Shown: positions 21,766-32,396, counted from the first letter of the stretch. The stretch is DNA of 64,000 bases from Halodesulfurarchaeum sp. (GCA_034520565.1 JAXHNL010000002.1:480001-544000), one strand, 5' to 3'. The notes: generated by a model from the sequence alone, not told the origin. Numbers and translations are program-made.

Positions 21766-22008
21766 ATGAGCGAAACAGACATTCAAGCGGACGTTACGGT
21801 GGACGCACGCGGCTCGGCCTGCCCGGGCCCCCTGATGGACCTGATCGGCAAGATCAAAGACGTCGAAGAAGGAACGGTCGTCGCGCTCCTCACCGGCGAC
21901 GAAGGGTCGAAAAACGACGTGCCCGAATGGGTCGAAGAAGCGAACCACGAACTCCTCGACACCGTCGACGAAGGGGAGTATTACTCGATCTACGTGAAAA
22001 AGACCTGA
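21766..22008 (+). CDS. TusA/SirA-family sulfurtransferase
   Basis: VDARGSACPGPL motif. Confidence 0.92.
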   Translation: MSETDIQADVTVDARGSACPGPLMDLIGKIKDVEEGTVVALLTGDEGSKNDVPEWVEEANHELLDTVDEGEYYSIYVKKT

Positions 22009-22009
22009 T

Positions 22010-23149
22010 ATGACGGAGCGAATCGTCATCGTCGGTGGCGGATCCGGCGGCACGATCACGGCCAACCGCCTCGCCGAGGAACTGCAGGGAGAGATCGATG
22101 CGGGAGCGGTGGAGGTCACGATCGTCAGTGACAACCCGAACCACGTCTACAAACCGCTCTTTCTCTACGTGCCCTTCGGCGAAGCGGACCTGTCGGATAC
22201 CACGCGCCCGCTCGTCGATCTGGTCGACCGCCGAGTCAACTTGGTCTACGAGCGCGTGACGGAAATCGACACGGACGGCAAGTCCCTCTCGATGGCCGAC
22301 GGCAGCGATCTCGGCTACGATTACCTCGTCGTCGGGACCGGCGCGATTCCCCAGCCCGAGGAGACCCCCGGACTGGGTGCGGATGGCCCCGGCCATCACT
22401 TCTACGGCCCCGAAGCGTCCGAGGAGCTCCGCGAAGCGCTCGCGGACTTCGAGGAGGGACATCTCGTCCTCTCGGTCATCGGCACGCCACACGTCTGTCC
22501 GGCGGCCCCGGCCGAGTTCCCGATGATCGTCGACCAGTGGCTCCGCGAACGCGGCGTTCGCGAAGACGTCGAGATCACCTACACCTACCCCATCCAGCGG
22601 CTCCACGGGGTTCGACCCGTTGCCGAGTGGCTGGTCCCACGCTTCGAGGAACGTGACATCAAGACGCAGACGTTCTTCAACCTCGAAAACGTCGAGGACG
22701 GGACCATGGAGACCCTGGAGGGGAAGGAACTCGACTTCGACCTGCTGGTGGGTATTCCCGAGTTCACCGCCTCGCCGATCATCGAAGCGGCCGGCCTGGG
22801 CGAGGAGTGGATGGAGGTCGATCGGAACACCCTCGAATCCGACCACGCCGAGGACGTCTATGGCATCGGCGACGTGACCAACCTCCCGACCAGCAAGGCA
22901 GGGAGTGTTGCCCACTACGCCTCGGGCACGCTGGTCTCTCGAATCGCGAGCGAAATTCGAGGGCAGACCCCGACGGCAACCTTCCACGGCAAGACGATCT
23001 GCTTCATCGAAGCCGGGACCGAGGAAGGGACGTTCATCGAGTTCGGCTACGGTCGCGAACCCGTCGTGCGCGACGAGAACGAGTTCCTCCACTGGTCGAA
23101 GCTCGGCTACAACGAAGCCTACTGGCTCACCGCCAGAGGGGTGATGTAA
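22010..23149 (+). CDS. Sulfide:quinone oxidoreductase-like FAD oxidoreductase
   Basis: IVGGGSGG, CPAAPAEF, GIGDV, SKAGSVAH, GKTICF. Confidence 0.85.
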   Translation: MTERIVIVGGGSGGTITANRLAEELQGEIDAGAVEVTIVSDNPNHVYKPLFLYVPFGEADLSDTTRPLVDLVDRRVNLVYERVTEIDTDGKSLSMADGSDLGYDYLVVGTGAIPQPEETPGLGADGPGHHFYGPEASEELREALADFEEGHLVLSVIGTPHVCPAAPAEFPMIVDQWLRERGVREDVEITYTYPIQRLHGVRPVAEWLVPRFEERDIKTQTFFNLENVEDGTMETLEGKELDFDLLVGIPEFTASPIIEAAGLGEEWMEVDRNTLESDHAEDVYGIGDVTNLPTSKAGSVAHYASGTLVSRIASEIRGQTPTATFHGKTICFIEAGTEEGTFIEFGYGREPVVRDENEFLHWSKLGYNEAYWLTARGVM

Positions 23150-23578
23150 ATGAGTGACGAAATCGACGAACTCGAAGCCGAATCGGAAGCGATTCAGGAA
23201 GCGGCCGACACGATGGTCGAACTCCAGCAGGACGGCACGCTGGATGACCTGACCGAGGCGGCCACGGCCGTCTCGCTCCTCGCGAACGCGCTCGACGACG
23301 AGATGGTCGTCGAGGCTGCGGGGCTGGCAAACGAACTCGGCCTGGTCGCCGGCAGTGCGAACCAGCCGAACGTGATCCGCACCCTCGCGACCATGATGGA
23401 CGCGATGGACGAGGCAAACGCCTTCGAGGATCCCGAACAGGTCGGGATGTTCGGCGCGGTCGGCAAGATGCGGGATCCGGACGTACAGCGCGGACTGGGC
23501 TTCTTACTCGAGTTCCTCGGCGCGCTCGGTCGCCAGATCGAGCGACGCTCCGAGGCCTACGAGCAGGCAGAAAACTGA
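23150..23578 (+). CDS. DUF1641-domain protein
   Basis: C-terminal VGMFGAVGKMRDPDVQRGLGFLLEFLGALG. Confidence 0.82.
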   Translation: MSDEIDELEAESEAIQEAADTMVELQQDGTLDDLTEAATAVSLLANALDDEMVVEAAGLANELGLVAGSANQPNVIRTLATMMDAMDEANAFEDPEQVGMFGAVGKMRDPDVQRGLGFLLEFLGALGRQIERRSEAYEQAEN

Positions 23579-23632
23579 GATTTTTCGGGATTCGGTCCGA
23601 TTCGAAACCACCGGGGAGCCGAGTCCGCCGAG

Positions 23633-24052
23633 TTAGCCCTCGAGTTGAGTCGTCTGGTCCTCGAGGTCGCCCGTGTAGATCGCCGCCCCGTCCTGGACGA
23701 CCTTCTCCGCGAGCACCGCACACTTGATCCGCATTGGACTGATCTCCCCACCCAGCAGGTCGACCATGTCCTCCCGTTCGAGTTCCTGGACTTCCTCGAG
23801 TGTCATCCCCGGGAGCTGCTGGCCGAGCAGACTCGCGCCGGCCTGACTGATCGCACACCCCTCCCCACGGAAGGCGACCGACTCGATGGTTTCGCCGTCG
23901 TCGGCCAACTCGACGTCGAACTCGAGGTCGTCACCGCAGGAGGGGTTGTGCCCCCGGTGGCTAAACGTCGGCTCGGCGAGTTCGCCGTAGTTCCGGGGGT
24001 TCTTGTAGTGATCCAGGATCTGCTGGCGGTACATGTCCGATCCCATGCTCAT
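23633..24052 (-). CDS. sufU: Fe-S scaffold SufU/IscU
   Basis: ILDHYKNPRN, NPSCGD, GCAISQA, RIKCA. Confidence 0.92.
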   Translation of the reverse strand: MSMGSDMYRQQILDHYKNPRNYGELAEPTFSHRGHNPSCGDDLEFDVELADDGETIESVAFRGEGCAISQAGASLLGQQLPGMTLEEVQELEREDMVDLLGGEISPMRIKCAVLAEKVVQDGAAIYTGDLEDQTTQLEG

Positions 24053-24107
24053 GTCCCGGGCTACGCGAGCGGGGATACAAGGATCCTGCGGGTGATCGAA
24101 CCGAGAC

Positions 24108-25355
24108 TCAGGCAAACAGGTCACGGGCGGCGTCCAACCCGGAACACAGCGCATCGACCTCCGCGGTCGTGTTGTAGAGATAGAAGGAGGCGCGGGCGGT
24201 GGCCGACACGCCGAGTTCGTCGTGCAGCGGCTGGGTACAGTGGTCGCCGGCCCGGATCGCCACGCCGAACTCGTTCAAGATCGAGGAGAGATCGTGCGGA
24301 TGCACGCCGTCGAGGGTGAACGAAACGAGCGAGCCACGTTCCTCCCCGAGTGGTGGGCCATACACCGTCACGTCCTCGCGCTCGGCGAGCCGTTCGTGGG
24401 CGTACTGAGTCACCCAGGCCTCGTGGGCCTGCACCTCGCCCATTCCCAGATGGTCGAGGTAGTCCGCGGCCGCGGCGAACCCGATACCCTCTGCGATCGG
24501 GGGCGTCCCGGCCTCGAACTTCATGGGGACGTCGGCCCACGTCGCGCCCTCGAACGTGACCCGCTCGATCATGCCGCCGCCGTACTGGAACGGCTCCATT
24601 TCCTCGAGGAGCTCCGCGCGGCCGTAGAGCGCGCCAATACCGGTCGGCCCGGCCATCTTGTGCCCCGAGAACGCGTAGAAGTCGACGTCCAAGGCTTTGA
24701 CGTCGACCGGTCGGTTGGGTACGGCCTGGGCCCCGTCGCCGAGAATCACGGCGTCGTGTTCGTGGGCCATCTCGGCGAGCTCTGCAAGCGGGTTGACCGT
24801 CCCGAGCGTGTTCGAGACGTGGGGCACACTCACCACTTCCACGTCGTCGTCGATGAGACCGGCGGCTTTCTCCATGTCGAGTCTGCCGGTGTCATCCACG
24901 GGGATGTGCCGGACGTCGGCACCCGTTCGGTCGGCGATCTGTGCGAACGGAACCAGCGAGGCGTGGTGGTCCATCTCCGTCAGGACGACCGCTTTCCCGG
25001 GTTCGAGGTGTTCGCGACCCCAGGCCTGGGCGACCGTGTTCATCGCTTCAGTCGTGTTCTTCGTAAAGACGAGCTCCTCGCGGCCGTCGGCCCCGACGAA
25101 GTGCCCGATGCGGTCGTGGGCCTCCTCGTATTCGATCGAGGCCTCCATCGAGAGCTGATGGATCCCCCGGTCGACGTTCGCGTTGTACTCGCGATAGAAC
25201 TCGTTCATCGCCTCGATAACCGGCACCGGCGTCTGGCTCGTCGCAGCGTTGTCGAGGTAGACCAGCGGCGTGTCTTCATCGACCATCCGCGAGAGGATCG
25301 GGAAGTCCTCGCGGACGGCCTCGACGTCGAGTGGTTCTGGCTCCGTGGCCGTCAT
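24108..25355 (-). CDS. sufS: Cysteine desulfurase SufS
   Basis: YLDNAATSQ, FSGHKM, RAGDHCTQP, RASFYLYN. Confidence 0.95.
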   Translation of the reverse strand: MTATEPEPLDVEAVREDFPILSRMVDEDTPLVYLDNAATSQTPVPVIEAMNEFYREYNANVDRGIHQLSMEASIEYEEAHDRIGHFVGADGREELVFTKNTTEAMNTVAQAWGREHLEPGKAVVLTEMDHHASLVPFAQIADRTGADVRHIPVDDTGRLDMEKAAGLIDDDVEVVSVPHVSNTLGTVNPLAELAEMAHEHDAVILGDGAQAVPNRPVDVKALDVDFYAFSGHKMAGPTGIGALYGRAELLEEMEPFQYGGGMIERVTFEGATWADVPMKFEAGTPPIAEGIGFAAAADYLDHLGMGEVQAHEAWVTQYAHERLAEREDVTVYGPPLGEERGSLVSFTLDGVHPHDLSSILNEFGVAIRAGDHCTQPLHDELGVSATARASFYLYNTTAEVDALCSGLDAARDLFA

Positions 25356-25599
25356 TGCTCACCGTTTGGAGGTGGGCCCCCAAGTGTCGTTCGGTCGGTT
25401 GAGCACGCGCCGGCTCCCTCAGTTGGGAGTCGGCATCCGGACCCGGTTCCAGCTCTCCAGCGGGACCCTTGCCCAAACTCTCCAGCGAAACCCGCTCCCA
25501 GTTCTCCAGCGCTCGCAATTGCGCCCACGGCGCCCGAATCTACGTATCACAATACTTTACCACCCGAGCGGAGAAGTTCGACCAAGAAGCCGTCGAGTC

Positions 25600-26493
25600 A
25601 TGACCGATTCAGATTCACTTCCCGAACAGGACATCACCGGTACGGACTGGGACTACCTCATCGTTCTCGATGCGGCCCGGTACGACGTCTTCGCGGACAT
25701 CTACGAGGAGTACCTCGACGGCACGTTGACGAAAGTTCGGAGCCCCGGCTCGGCGACCCCGGAGTGGGCGACCCGGACCTTTACCGGCCAGCACGAGCTG
25801 ACCTACCTCTCCGCGAACCCGTTCATCAACAGCCTGGGGATCCCGCTCAACGAACTCAAGTGGGGAGCCTCCTCGGGGTACGAGTGGACCGCCACCGACC
25901 ACATCGACACCATCGTCGATCTCTGGCAGGACGAGTGGGAAGAGGACCTGGGAGCGGTCACGCCACAGGCGGTAACCGAAGCCGCCCGTCGACAGCTCGA
26001 ATCGGGGTACGATGGTCGACTGGTCGTGCACTACCTCCAGCCCCACGCCCCGTTCATCCAGGAGGGCACGGGCCGCAAGATGAAGCGCATCAAGGCCGGG
26101 TTCGACGACGTTCCCGAGGCGGGCAACGCTCCGGAGGAATCGGACTCCTCCCTCGGCGGCCGGCTCAGGCGGTGGATCGAGCCCAAGCTGGGCAACAGCG
26201 AACTCGCCCAGCGACTGGGCATGCTTGTGGAACTCGACGCCGGGAGCGCGACGGACATCGTCACCGAGGGCATCGAGGACACGCTGCGTGAGTACTACGA
26301 GGACAACCTCCGGCTGGCGCTCGCCGAGACCGCGAAACTCGTCGAAGAGCTGGACGGAACGGTGGTGGTCACCTCGGATCATGGCGAGGCCTTCGGCGAG
26401 CAGGGCGTCTGGGAGCACCATATCGAGACGTACATCCCGGAACTGGTGGACGTTCCGTGGCTCGAAGTGGACACTGCCAAAAGCGAGGAGTAA
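25600..26493 (+). CDS. Sulfatase/alkaline-phosphatase superfamily protein
   Basis: IVLDAARYD, HYLQPHAP, VTSDHGEAFGE..WEH. Confidence 0.82.
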   Translation: MTDSDSLPEQDITGTDWDYLIVLDAARYDVFADIYEEYLDGTLTKVRSPGSATPEWATRTFTGQHELTYLSANPFINSLGIPLNELKWGASSGYEWTATDHIDTIVDLWQDEWEEDLGAVTPQAVTEAARRQLESGYDGRLVVHYLQPHAPFIQEGTGRKMKRIKAGFDDVPEAGNAPEESDSSLGGRLRRWIEPKLGNSELAQRLGMLVELDAGSATDIVTEGIEDTLREYYEDNLRLALAETAKLVEELDGTVVVTSDHGEAFGEQGVWEHHIETYIPELVDVPWLEVDTAKSEE

Positions 26494-26611
26494 TGAGACC
26501 CCCGGAACACGTTTTGGCGAGGGGGAAATCCGGGCACACGAGCGATCGCCGAGAGGTGTTTGGAACCCACAGAGCCCTGTGCGGGCCTGGATCGCCCGGG
26601 GGCGGGAGACC

Positions 26612-27631
26612 ATGAACAGACAGCAGCTCGCAGTGCTGGGATTCCTCGGCTCGCTCGCGGTGATGGGCCTTCTGCTCTCGATCGTCGGGATCGAGCGGAT
26701 CGGCGAGGCCCTCTCCGCGGCCAGCCCGGAACTGCTCGCGGTCGTCGCACTCTTCGGGCTCGGGCAAATCGCCGCCTGGGGACTCTCCCTGCGGGCGGTA
26801 CTCGGTTCGCTCGACGTCCCGGTTTCCCGCCGGAAGGGGATCGCTCTCTACGGATCGGCCATGTTCGCGAACAACGTCACCCCCTTCGGCCAGGCCGGTG
26901 GCGAACCGGTCACGGCGTACGTGATCAACCGAGTGACCGAGACGCGGTTCGAAACCGGTCTCGCCGCCATCGCGACGGTCGACGCCGCCCACGTCGTCAC
27001 CTCCCTGGGGATCGCGGTCTCGGGGGCGCTGTTGACGGTGACGGTCTTCTCGCCGAACCGGAAGTTGACACTGGTCGTGCTCGCGGTACTGGCTCTCGCC
27101 CTCCTCGGAGTGGTGGTGGCAACCCTGCTTCTCCGGTACCGACGGTCGATCGTCCGGCGGCTCGAAGCCCCAGTCTCGGACGCCGTCGACCGGCTCAGGG
27201 CCTCGTTTCCGGACCTCCTGGCCGAACTGTTGCAAACGGCCCGAAAGCGCTTTGCAGCGTTCCGGGCTGACCTGGGCCGGATCGCCGCGAGCCGAACCTC
27301 GCTGGCCCAGGTGCTTACCTACTCGAGTGCCGGCTGGCTCTTCGAGGTCGGCGCCCTGTCGGTCGCGCTCTGGGGACTGGGTGGGCCGGTCCCCGTCGCG
27401 ACGCTATTGATCGTTATCCCGGTTGGCAAACTCGCCGGGTTCGTCCCGCTCCCGGGCGGATTCGGCAGCATCGAAGCCACGATCGTCGCCCTGCTCGTTG
27501 CGACCACCCCGGCCGGGAGCGGCGTGGCGACGGCCGCCGTATTGCTCCACCGGGCGGCGACCTACTGGCTCCCGACGATCCTGGGTGGCGGCGTGTCACT
27601 GGCGCTCGGTGTCAGTTCGCGGTGGGGTTGA
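26612..27631 (+). CDS. Lysylphosphatidylglycerol-synthase-like flippase domain membrane protein
   Basis: FANNVTPFGQAGGEP, PLPGGFGSIE, multiple TMs. Confidence 0.85.
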   Translation: MNRQQLAVLGFLGSLAVMGLLLSIVGIERIGEALSAASPELLAVVALFGLGQIAAWGLSLRAVLGSLDVPVSRRKGIALYGSAMFANNVTPFGQAGGEPVTAYVINRVTETRFETGLAAIATVDAAHVVTSLGIAVSGALLTVTVFSPNRKLTLVVLAVLALALLGVVVATLLLRYRRSIVRRLEAPVSDAVDRLRASFPDLLAELLQTARKRFAAFRADLGRIAASRTSLAQVLTYSSAGWLFEVGALSVALWGLGGPVPVATLLIVIPVGKLAGFVPLPGGFGSIEATIVALLVATTPAGSGVATAAVLLHRAATYWLPTILGGGVSLALGVSSRWG

Positions 27632-27670
27632 GATTGCGAACTGGCCGCCTGGCCGGTGCAGAAAGCGAGA

Positions 27671-27961
27671 CTACAACCGAAGGTATTGCGCGTGGAGCGT
27701 CTGTTCGACCTCGAGCACGTTGCCCTCCTCGATGAAGCCCTCCTCGATGGCGAGCTCGACCGTCTCGGTCCCGACGAGGTTGGCGATGCTCGCCCGGGAC
27801 AGCGCCTCGATCACGGTCTCGGTCTCGGCCCGCTCGCCGCCGTAGAAGTCCTCGGTGACCGAGAGGGAAATCGAGCCCTCCTCGAAGGTCTCGCCGAGCA
27901 CGTCCGGGTCACAGACCGTGATCAGCAGGCCCTGTTCGGTGTGTCGCTCCGTGAGGATCAT
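27671..27961 (-). CDS. DUF424-family protein
   Basis: VCDPDVLGETFEEG, FYGG, ANLVG. Confidence 0.82.
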   Translation of the reverse strand: MILTERHTEQGLLITVCDPDVLGETFEEGSISLSVTEDFYGGERAETETVIEALSRASIANLVGTETVELAIEEGFIEEGNVLEVEQTLHAQYLRL

Positions 27962-28743
27962 TCGCCCTGGACGAGACGTTCTTCTTCTTGCTCCTGCATT
28001 TCGGTTGCAGTCTCGCGCATCTCGGCGGCCTCCTCGTCGCGCTCTAGTCCCTCGAGGGCCCGGGCTTTCTCCTCGTAGACCGCGGACTCCTGGAAGCCCA
28101 GCCGAATCGCGTTGTCGAGCGCGTCGAGGGCATCCTCGTACTGGGCCCGCTCGACCTGGATGTAGCCGAGGTTGTACCAGGCCTGAGGGAGCCGCTGGTC
28201 GGCCCGGACGGCGTCCTCGGCGTGCTGGAACGCCGCCTCGTCCTCGCCGTGCTCCCAGAGCGCGTATGCCAGGTTGGTGTGGGCGAGGGCGGCGTACTCG
28301 CCGTCCTCGTCGACGTGCAGCGCCTCCCGGTGGGAGGAGATGGCGGCGTCCCACTCCTCGAGTTCGCCGTGGGCGATGCCCTTGTTGACCCAGGCTTCTG
28401 CCTCCAGGGACTCGCTCTCGGCGTATCTGGCCGCGCGCTCGAAGGTCTCGACGGCCTGTTCGTCCCGGTTGATCGCCATGTACTCGATGCCCACGTCGAG
28501 GAGCGCGTCGGCGTCGACCTCGTCACCGGCGATGTTACGGTCGTCGAGGAGGTCGGTCACGGCCCGTGAATCCACCGGATCGACGATCGAGGGGTCCGCC
28601 ACGTCGAGTTCGGGCGGGTCGAGGTCAAAGCCCTCATAGGGTTCGGAAAAGCCCTGGCCCGAGGAGAACTCGTGTGGCCGCTCGCGATCCTCGCGGTCGT
28701 CCGCGCGGCCCTCGTGGTCGTCCTCGCGGTCCGAGTCGGTCAT
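27958..28743 (-). CDS. Tetratricopeptide repeat protein
   Basis: AWVNKG, AHTNLA, AWYNLG TPR units. Confidence 0.88.
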   Translation of the reverse strand: MTDSDREDDHEGRADDREDRERPHEFSSGQGFSEPYEGFDLDPPELDVADPSIVDPVDSRAVTDLLDDRNIAGDEVDADALLDVGIEYMAINRDEQAVETFERAARYAESESLEAEAWVNKGIAHGELEEWDAAISSHREALHVDEDGEYAALAHTNLAYALWEHGEDEAAFQHAEDAVRADQRLPQAWYNLGYIQVERAQYEDALDALDNAIRLGFQESAVYEEKARALEGLERDEEAAEMRETATEMQEQEEERLVQGE

Positions 28744-28796
28744 ACACGAGGTATGTGAGACGGAGGGTTAAGGACACCGGCACGCGAAGAACCGGT

Positions 28797-29351
28797 ATGC
28801 GGCTGTTCGTCAGCGTCGATCTCCCCGACCGGCTCGCGGCGCCGATCGCCGACCTCCAGTCGGAATTCGCAGGCGCATCGGGAGTGGATTGCACCGATCC
28901 CGAACAGGCACACCTCACGCTGAAGTTCCTCGGCGACACCGATCCCGGCCGCGTGGAGGACATCGGCGAGGCTCTCGAGACGGCCGTTGCAGAATCGAGC
29001 GTCGAACCCTTCGAGGCCACCTTCGAGGGGCTGGGCGTGTTTCCCTCGATGGACTACATCAGCGTGATCTGGCTGGGCGTCGGCCAGGGGGCCGGCGCCT
29101 TCAGGCGACTCCAGCGCCCGATCGAGGGGCGGCTGGTCGACCGGGGATTCGACCCGGAAGACCACGAGTTCACCCCCCACGTGACACTGGCCCGGATGAA
29201 ACACGCCGGCGGGAAGGAACTGGTCCAGAACCTCGTCCGGGACGAGGATCCGACCGTTGGAACGATGACCGTCGAGGAAGTGCGGCTGACCGAGAGTACC
29301 CTCACCGCGGACGGGCCGGTGTACGAGACGGTCGCTCGGGTCCCGCTCTGA
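28797..29351 (+). CDS. thpR: RNA 2',3'-cyclic phosphodiesterase (2H family)
   Basis: [22 protein letters not shown]. Confidence 0.9.
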   Translation: MRLFVSVDLPDRLAAPIADLQSEFAGASGVDCTDPEQAHLTLKFLGDTDPGRVEDIGEALETAVAESSVEPFEATFEGLGVFPSMDYISVIWLGVGQGAGAFRRLQRPIEGRLVDRGFDPEDHEFTPHVTLARMKHAGGKELVQNLVRDEDPTVGTMTVEEVRLTESTLTADGPVYETVARVPL

Positions 29352-29443
29352 GCGGGTGCAGGCCGGGGGTCAAGTCACATGCACCGACGGGCCGGACGAA
29401 ACAAACAACGTTTTAAAGCGTACAGCCAGTATCTCAGCCCACT

Positions 29444-29596
29444 ATGAGCAAGAAGACGAAGGCCAAGAAAAAGCGGCTGGCGAAACTCGATCGCCAGAAC
29501 AGCCGCGTCCCGGCCTGGGTCATCATGAAGACCGACCAGGAGACCCAGCGAAACCCCCAGCGCCGTCACTGGCGGCGAAGCGACACGGACGAGTAA
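29444..29596 (+). CDS. rpl39e: 50S ribosomal protein L39e
   Basis: Hand-translated [26 protein letters not shown]...RRHWRR. Confidence 0.95.
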   Translation: MSKKTKAKKKRLAKLDRQNSRVPAWVIMKTDQETQRNPQRRHWRRSDTDE

Positions 29597-29599
29597 TCC

Positions 29600-29881
29600 A
29601 TGAGCGCAAGCGATTTCGAGGAGCGCATCGTCACGGTGCCCCTCCGAAAGGTCAAGGCGTCATCGAAATCATCCCGCGGGGACAAGGCCATGTCCATCGT
29701 GCGCGAACACCTGGCCACCCAGTTCGGAGTGACGGAGGATGCCGTCCGCCTCGACCCATCTATCAACGAGGCCGTCTGGGAGCGGGGACGAGCCAACCCG
29801 CCGAGCAAGGTCCGCGTGCGGGCCGCCCGGTTCGAGGAAGAAGGGGCCGCGGTCGTCGAGGCCGAACACGCCGAGTCCTGA
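29600..29881 (+). CDS. rpl31e: 50S ribosomal protein L31e
   Basis: [25 protein letters not shown]. Confidence 0.95.
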   Translation: MSASDFEERIVTVPLRKVKASSKSSRGDKAMSIVREHLATQFGVTEDAVRLDPSINEAVWERGRANPPSKVRVRAARFEEEGAAVVEAEHAES

Positions 29882-29883
29882 GA

Positions 29884-30549
29884 GTGCTTCGCACAAGCTT
29901 CTACGGATCGTCGTACGTCGGGGTCTACGGGGCCGGGGCCGATGCTTTCCTCGTCGTCCGCCCGGACCTGGAAGCGGAGACCCTCGCGGCGATCGAAGCG
30001 GAGTTCGACGTCCCGGTCGTCGAAACCACCATCGACGGCTCCGATACCGTCGGGGCCCTCCTCGCGGCGAACGGCAACGGGATCGTGGTCAGCGAGCGCA
30101 CAGCCGACCACGAGCGGGAGCGGCTGGAATCCGGCACGGACGTTTCCGTCGCGTCGCTGCCGGGACGGATCAACGCCGCCGGGAACGTGATCCTCGCCAA
30201 CGACCACGGCGCCTACCTCCACCCGGACCTTCCCGAGGACGCCACCGCAGCCGTCGAGGAGGCACTCGACGTCCCGGCCGAACGGGGACGGCTGGGCGGC
30301 GTCGGCACTGTCGGGTCGGCCGCCGTCGCGACCAATCGGGGGGTTCTGTGTCACCCACAGGCCACCGACGAGGAACTCGACGCCGTCGAGGCGGCACTGT
30401 CGGTGCCGGCGGACGTCGGGACGGTCAATTACGGGGGCCACTTCGTCGGGTCGGGACTCGTCGCCACGGGAGCCGGCTACCTCGTCGGCGAGGACACCAC
30501 CGGCCCGGAGTTGGGCCGCATCGAGGACGCCCTGGGCTACATCGAGTGA
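29884..30549 (+). CDS. eif6: Translation initiation factor 6
   Basis: [32 protein letters not shown]; GTG start. Confidence 0.93.
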   Translation: MLRTSFYGSSYVGVYGAGADAFLVVRPDLEAETLAAIEAEFDVPVVETTIDGSDTVGALLAANGNGIVVSERTADHERERLESGTDVSVASLPGRINAAGNVILANDHGAYLHPDLPEDATAAVEEALDVPAERGRLGGVGTVGSAAVATNRGVLCHPQATDEELDAVEAALSVPADVGTVNYGGHFVGSGLVATGAGYLVGEDTTGPELGRIEDALGYIE

Positions 30550-30604
30550 GTTTTCGCGGTCCCGAGTAGGAAGATACTTCCCTCCGAGAGACCGGTTTCC
30601 GACC

Positions 30605-31048
30605 ATGAGTATTGGTGGCGGCGGCGGTCAACTTCAGGCGCTCCAGCAGGAGATGGAAGCGATCGCGGAGCGACGGGAAGAACTCGACGAGGAGATCGAA
30701 TCGCTACAGGAAGAACAACGCGAGATCGACGAGGCCATCGAAGGACTCGACGTGCTCGAAAGCGGCCAGACCGTCCACGTCCCGCTGGGCGGGGACGCCT
30801 TCGTCCGTGCGACGATCGAGGACGCCGACGAGATCGTGGTCAGTCTCGGCGCCAACTTCGCCGCGACCGAGGACCGCGAGGAAGCGGCCGAAACCCTCGA
30901 GACCAAACAGGAGCGTCTCGACGAGCGGATCGAAGAACTCCGCGAGGAGCAGTCAGAACTCGATGGCCAGGAAAAACGCTTGGAGCAGGAGGCCCAGCAG
31001 GCCCAGCAGCAGATGCTTCAGCAGCAGGCCCAACAGCAGGGCGAGTAA
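30605..31048 (+). CDS. pfdA: Prefoldin subunit alpha
   Basis: Coiled coils flanking VPLGGDAFV..IVVSLGA. Confidence 0.92.
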   Translation: MSIGGGGGQLQALQQEMEAIAERREELDEEIESLQEEQREIDEAIEGLDVLESGQTVHVPLGGDAFVRATIEDADEIVVSLGANFAATEDREEAAETLETKQERLDERIEELREEQSELDGQEKRLEQEAQQAQQQMLQQQAQQQGE

Positions 31049-31051
31049 GGG

Positions 31052-32113
31052 ATGTTCGAGGGGCTGAAGGAGAAGCTGGGAGCGTTCCGCGAGGATGCAG
31101 CCGACGTGGCCGCGGAGCAAGCAACCACGGCGGCGGATGCCCAAGCCGAGGAGGCCCCTGACGATTCTGCACCAACAACCGATTCGGAAGCGACTGCCAC
31201 CGACGAGGCCGAGGCGGCAACCCCGGACACGTCGTTTACCGAGCGGGCCAAGTCCCTCGCGAAGGGGCGTGTTATTCTCGACGCCGACGACCTCGAGGGG
31301 CCGCTCTGGGACCTCGAGATGGCCCTCCTCGAAAACGACGTCGAGATGGGCGTCGCCGAGGAGATCCTCGACGGGATCGAGGCCGAACTCGTCGGGGAGC
31401 AAAAGACCATCACCGAGAGCACGGGGGCGCTCATCGAGTCGGCACTCCACGACGCGCTCCTAGAGGTCGTCTCAGTCGGGCAGTTCGACTTCCTCGAACG
31501 GGTCGCGGCCGCGGAGCGCCCGGTCGTCATCATCTTCACCGGCGTCAACGGGGTCGGGAAGACGACGACGATCGCCAAGCTGGCCACCTACCTCGAGGCG
31601 CAGGGGTTCTCCTCGGTGCTCGCGAACGGCGATACCTACCGCGCCGGGGCAAACGAACAGATCGAGGAACACGCCGACCGGATCGACGCGCCGCTCATCA
31701 GCCACGAGCAGGGCGGCGATCCGGCCGCCGTCATCTACGATGCCGTCGAGTACGCGGAGGCCCACGATATCGACGTCGTCCTCGGGGACACTGCCGGCCG
31801 ACTGCACACGAGCGACGGCCTGATGAACCAACTCGCGAAAATCGACCGCGTCGTCGAGCCGGATCTGACGCTGTTCGTCGACGAGGCCGTCGCCGGCCAG
31901 GACGCGGTTACCCGGGCTCGAGAGTTCAACGAGGCCGCGAACATCGACGGGACGGTGCTCACAAAGGCCGACGCCGACACCCACGGCGGCGCGGCGGTTT
32001 CGATCGCGAGCGTGACCGGCGCGCCGATCCTCTTTCTCGGCACGGGACAGGAATATGACGACATCGAGCCGTTCGATCCGGAAGCGCTCGTCGAGGAGCT
32101 GCTCGGCGCGTAG
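31052..32113 (+). CDS. ftsY: SRP receptor FtsY
   Basis: GVNGVGKTT, DTYRAGA, DTAGR, TKAD. Confidence 0.96.
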   Translation: MFEGLKEKLGAFREDAADVAAEQATTAADAQAEEAPDDSAPTTDSEATATDEAEAATPDTSFTERAKSLAKGRVILDADDLEGPLWDLEMALLENDVEMGVAEEILDGIEAELVGEQKTITESTGALIESALHDALLEVVSVGQFDFLERVAAAERPVVIIFTGVNGVGKTTTIAKLATYLEAQGFSSVLANGDTYRAGANEQIEEHADRIDAPLISHEQGGDPAAVIYDAVEYAEAHDIDVVLGDTAGRLHTSDGLMNQLAKIDRVVEPDLTLFVDEAVAGQDAVTRAREFNEAANIDGTVLTKADADTHGGAAVSIASVTGAPILFLGTGQEYDDIEPFDPEALVEELLGA

Positions 32114-32165
32114 GGGACTCGTATCAGGCCGAAGGGCTTTCCTCCCCGCCCACGAGGGATCGAGT

Positions 32166-32396
32166 ATGGCCGAGGATTACGACGATCTGGTTAGCTACCT
32201 CACGCCGCGTGGGGAGACCGACTCGATGAAGCGCTACCAGAACACCACCGCGATCCCCTGTCCGGTCTGCGAGGAGGCCTTCGCGGACCTGGTCGTCGTG
32301 ACCGGCGAGACCACGAGCCTGGAGCTGTCCGAACCGCTCGATCTCTGTGTCACGACCACGTCAGAGGGGAAGCCGATGATCTTCACCCACTCGTAG
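32166..32396 (+). CDS. Small conserved haloarchaeal CxxC protein
   Basis: YQNTTAIPCPVCEEAF; acidic; ATG at 32166. Confidence 0.7.
   Translation: MAEDYDDLVSYLTPRGETDSMKRYQNTTAIPCPVCEEAFADLVVVTGETTSLELSEPLDLCVTTTSEGKPMIFTHS

Noticed and set aside
28680-28740. Short imperfect repeats at the start of the TPR gene
   Set aside because: Encode a low-complexity acidic N-terminus (DREDD); not an independent repeat element.
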